A DNA stretch of 49,287 nucleotides. Source: Desulfobacterales bacterium. GTDB taxonomy: Bacteria > Desulfobacterota > Desulfobacteria > Desulfobacterales > JAOZSB01. The notes under the pieces are model-generated. The model saw nothing but the letters and a program-made list of their open reading frames with translations, searched no databases and was not told the origin of the DNA. Where the stretch lies: NCBI GenBank assembly GCA_029939895.1, contig JAOZSB010000001.1, positions 1 through 49,287 on the forward strand. The letters are read 5' to 3'. The translations under genes and the position numbers were made by a program. Of the stretch, positions 49,269 to 49,287 are shown in pieces (positions within the stretch are counted from its first letter, which is position 1; each line of letters opens with the position of its first letter).

Positions 49269-49287
49269 TTGCTTTCATCTTGACACG

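Noticed and set aside
48751-49287. CRISPR array or mobile-element terminal repeats as an explanation for the repeats after tyrS; also minus-strand ORFs 48823-49038, 48834-49028 and 49064-49246
   Set aside because: The repeat unit is about 217 bp with no short-repeat/spacer periodicity. No cas, transposase or integrase genes are present. The ORFs are artefacts of A/T-rich repeated sequence.

Overview
The window looks like a core-chromosome segment from a Desulfobacterota (deltaproteobacterium)-like genome. That taxonomic guess rests only on gene order and protein signatures. Almost all genes are on the + strand and tightly packed. In order:

- **Start of window:** a TIM-barrel (CbiR-like) gene.
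- **Chemotaxis-type module:** hybrid cheA, cheW, cheB and cheR, with no cheY or receptor gene.
- **Minus-strand pair:** an ABM-domain gene and glnS.
- **Spacer:** an 867-bp AT-rich region carrying MraZ-box-like repeats.
- **dcw cluster:** mraZ-rsmH-ftsL-ftsI-murF-mraY-murD-ftsW-murG-murC-murB-ftsQ-ftsA-ftsZ. murE and ddl are absent.
- **After ftsZ:** a B12-like/radical-SAM gene.
- **Three-gene insert:** a secreted binding protein, a SAM methyltransferase and a formyltransferase.
- **Elongasome:** mreBCD-mrdA-rodA, followed by a bactofilin.
- **Partial F-type ATP synthase operon:** b'-b-delta-alpha-gamma-beta-epsilon, with no a, c or I subunit genes.
- **N-terminal-only GlmU.**
- **Division and RNA genes:** zapB-like, zapA, a predicted 6S RNA, then rny and tyrS.
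- **End of window:** about 570 bp of tandemly repeated promoter-like modules.

I saw no mobile elements, CRISPR arrays, tRNA or rRNA genes.

The items most worth follow-up are non-coding or architectural:
- the AGTGGAG dyads upstream of mraZ;
- a tandem duplicated promoter in front of the orphan binding protein;
- an exact in-frame 81-bp duplication of the rny 3' end;
- the 6S RNA locus, which lacks the usual downstream gene;
- the multi-promoter repeat array after tyrS;
- the uncharacterised radical-SAM gene and three-gene insert lying between the divisome and elongasome clusters.

I found no convincing self-contained novel system such as a defence island.
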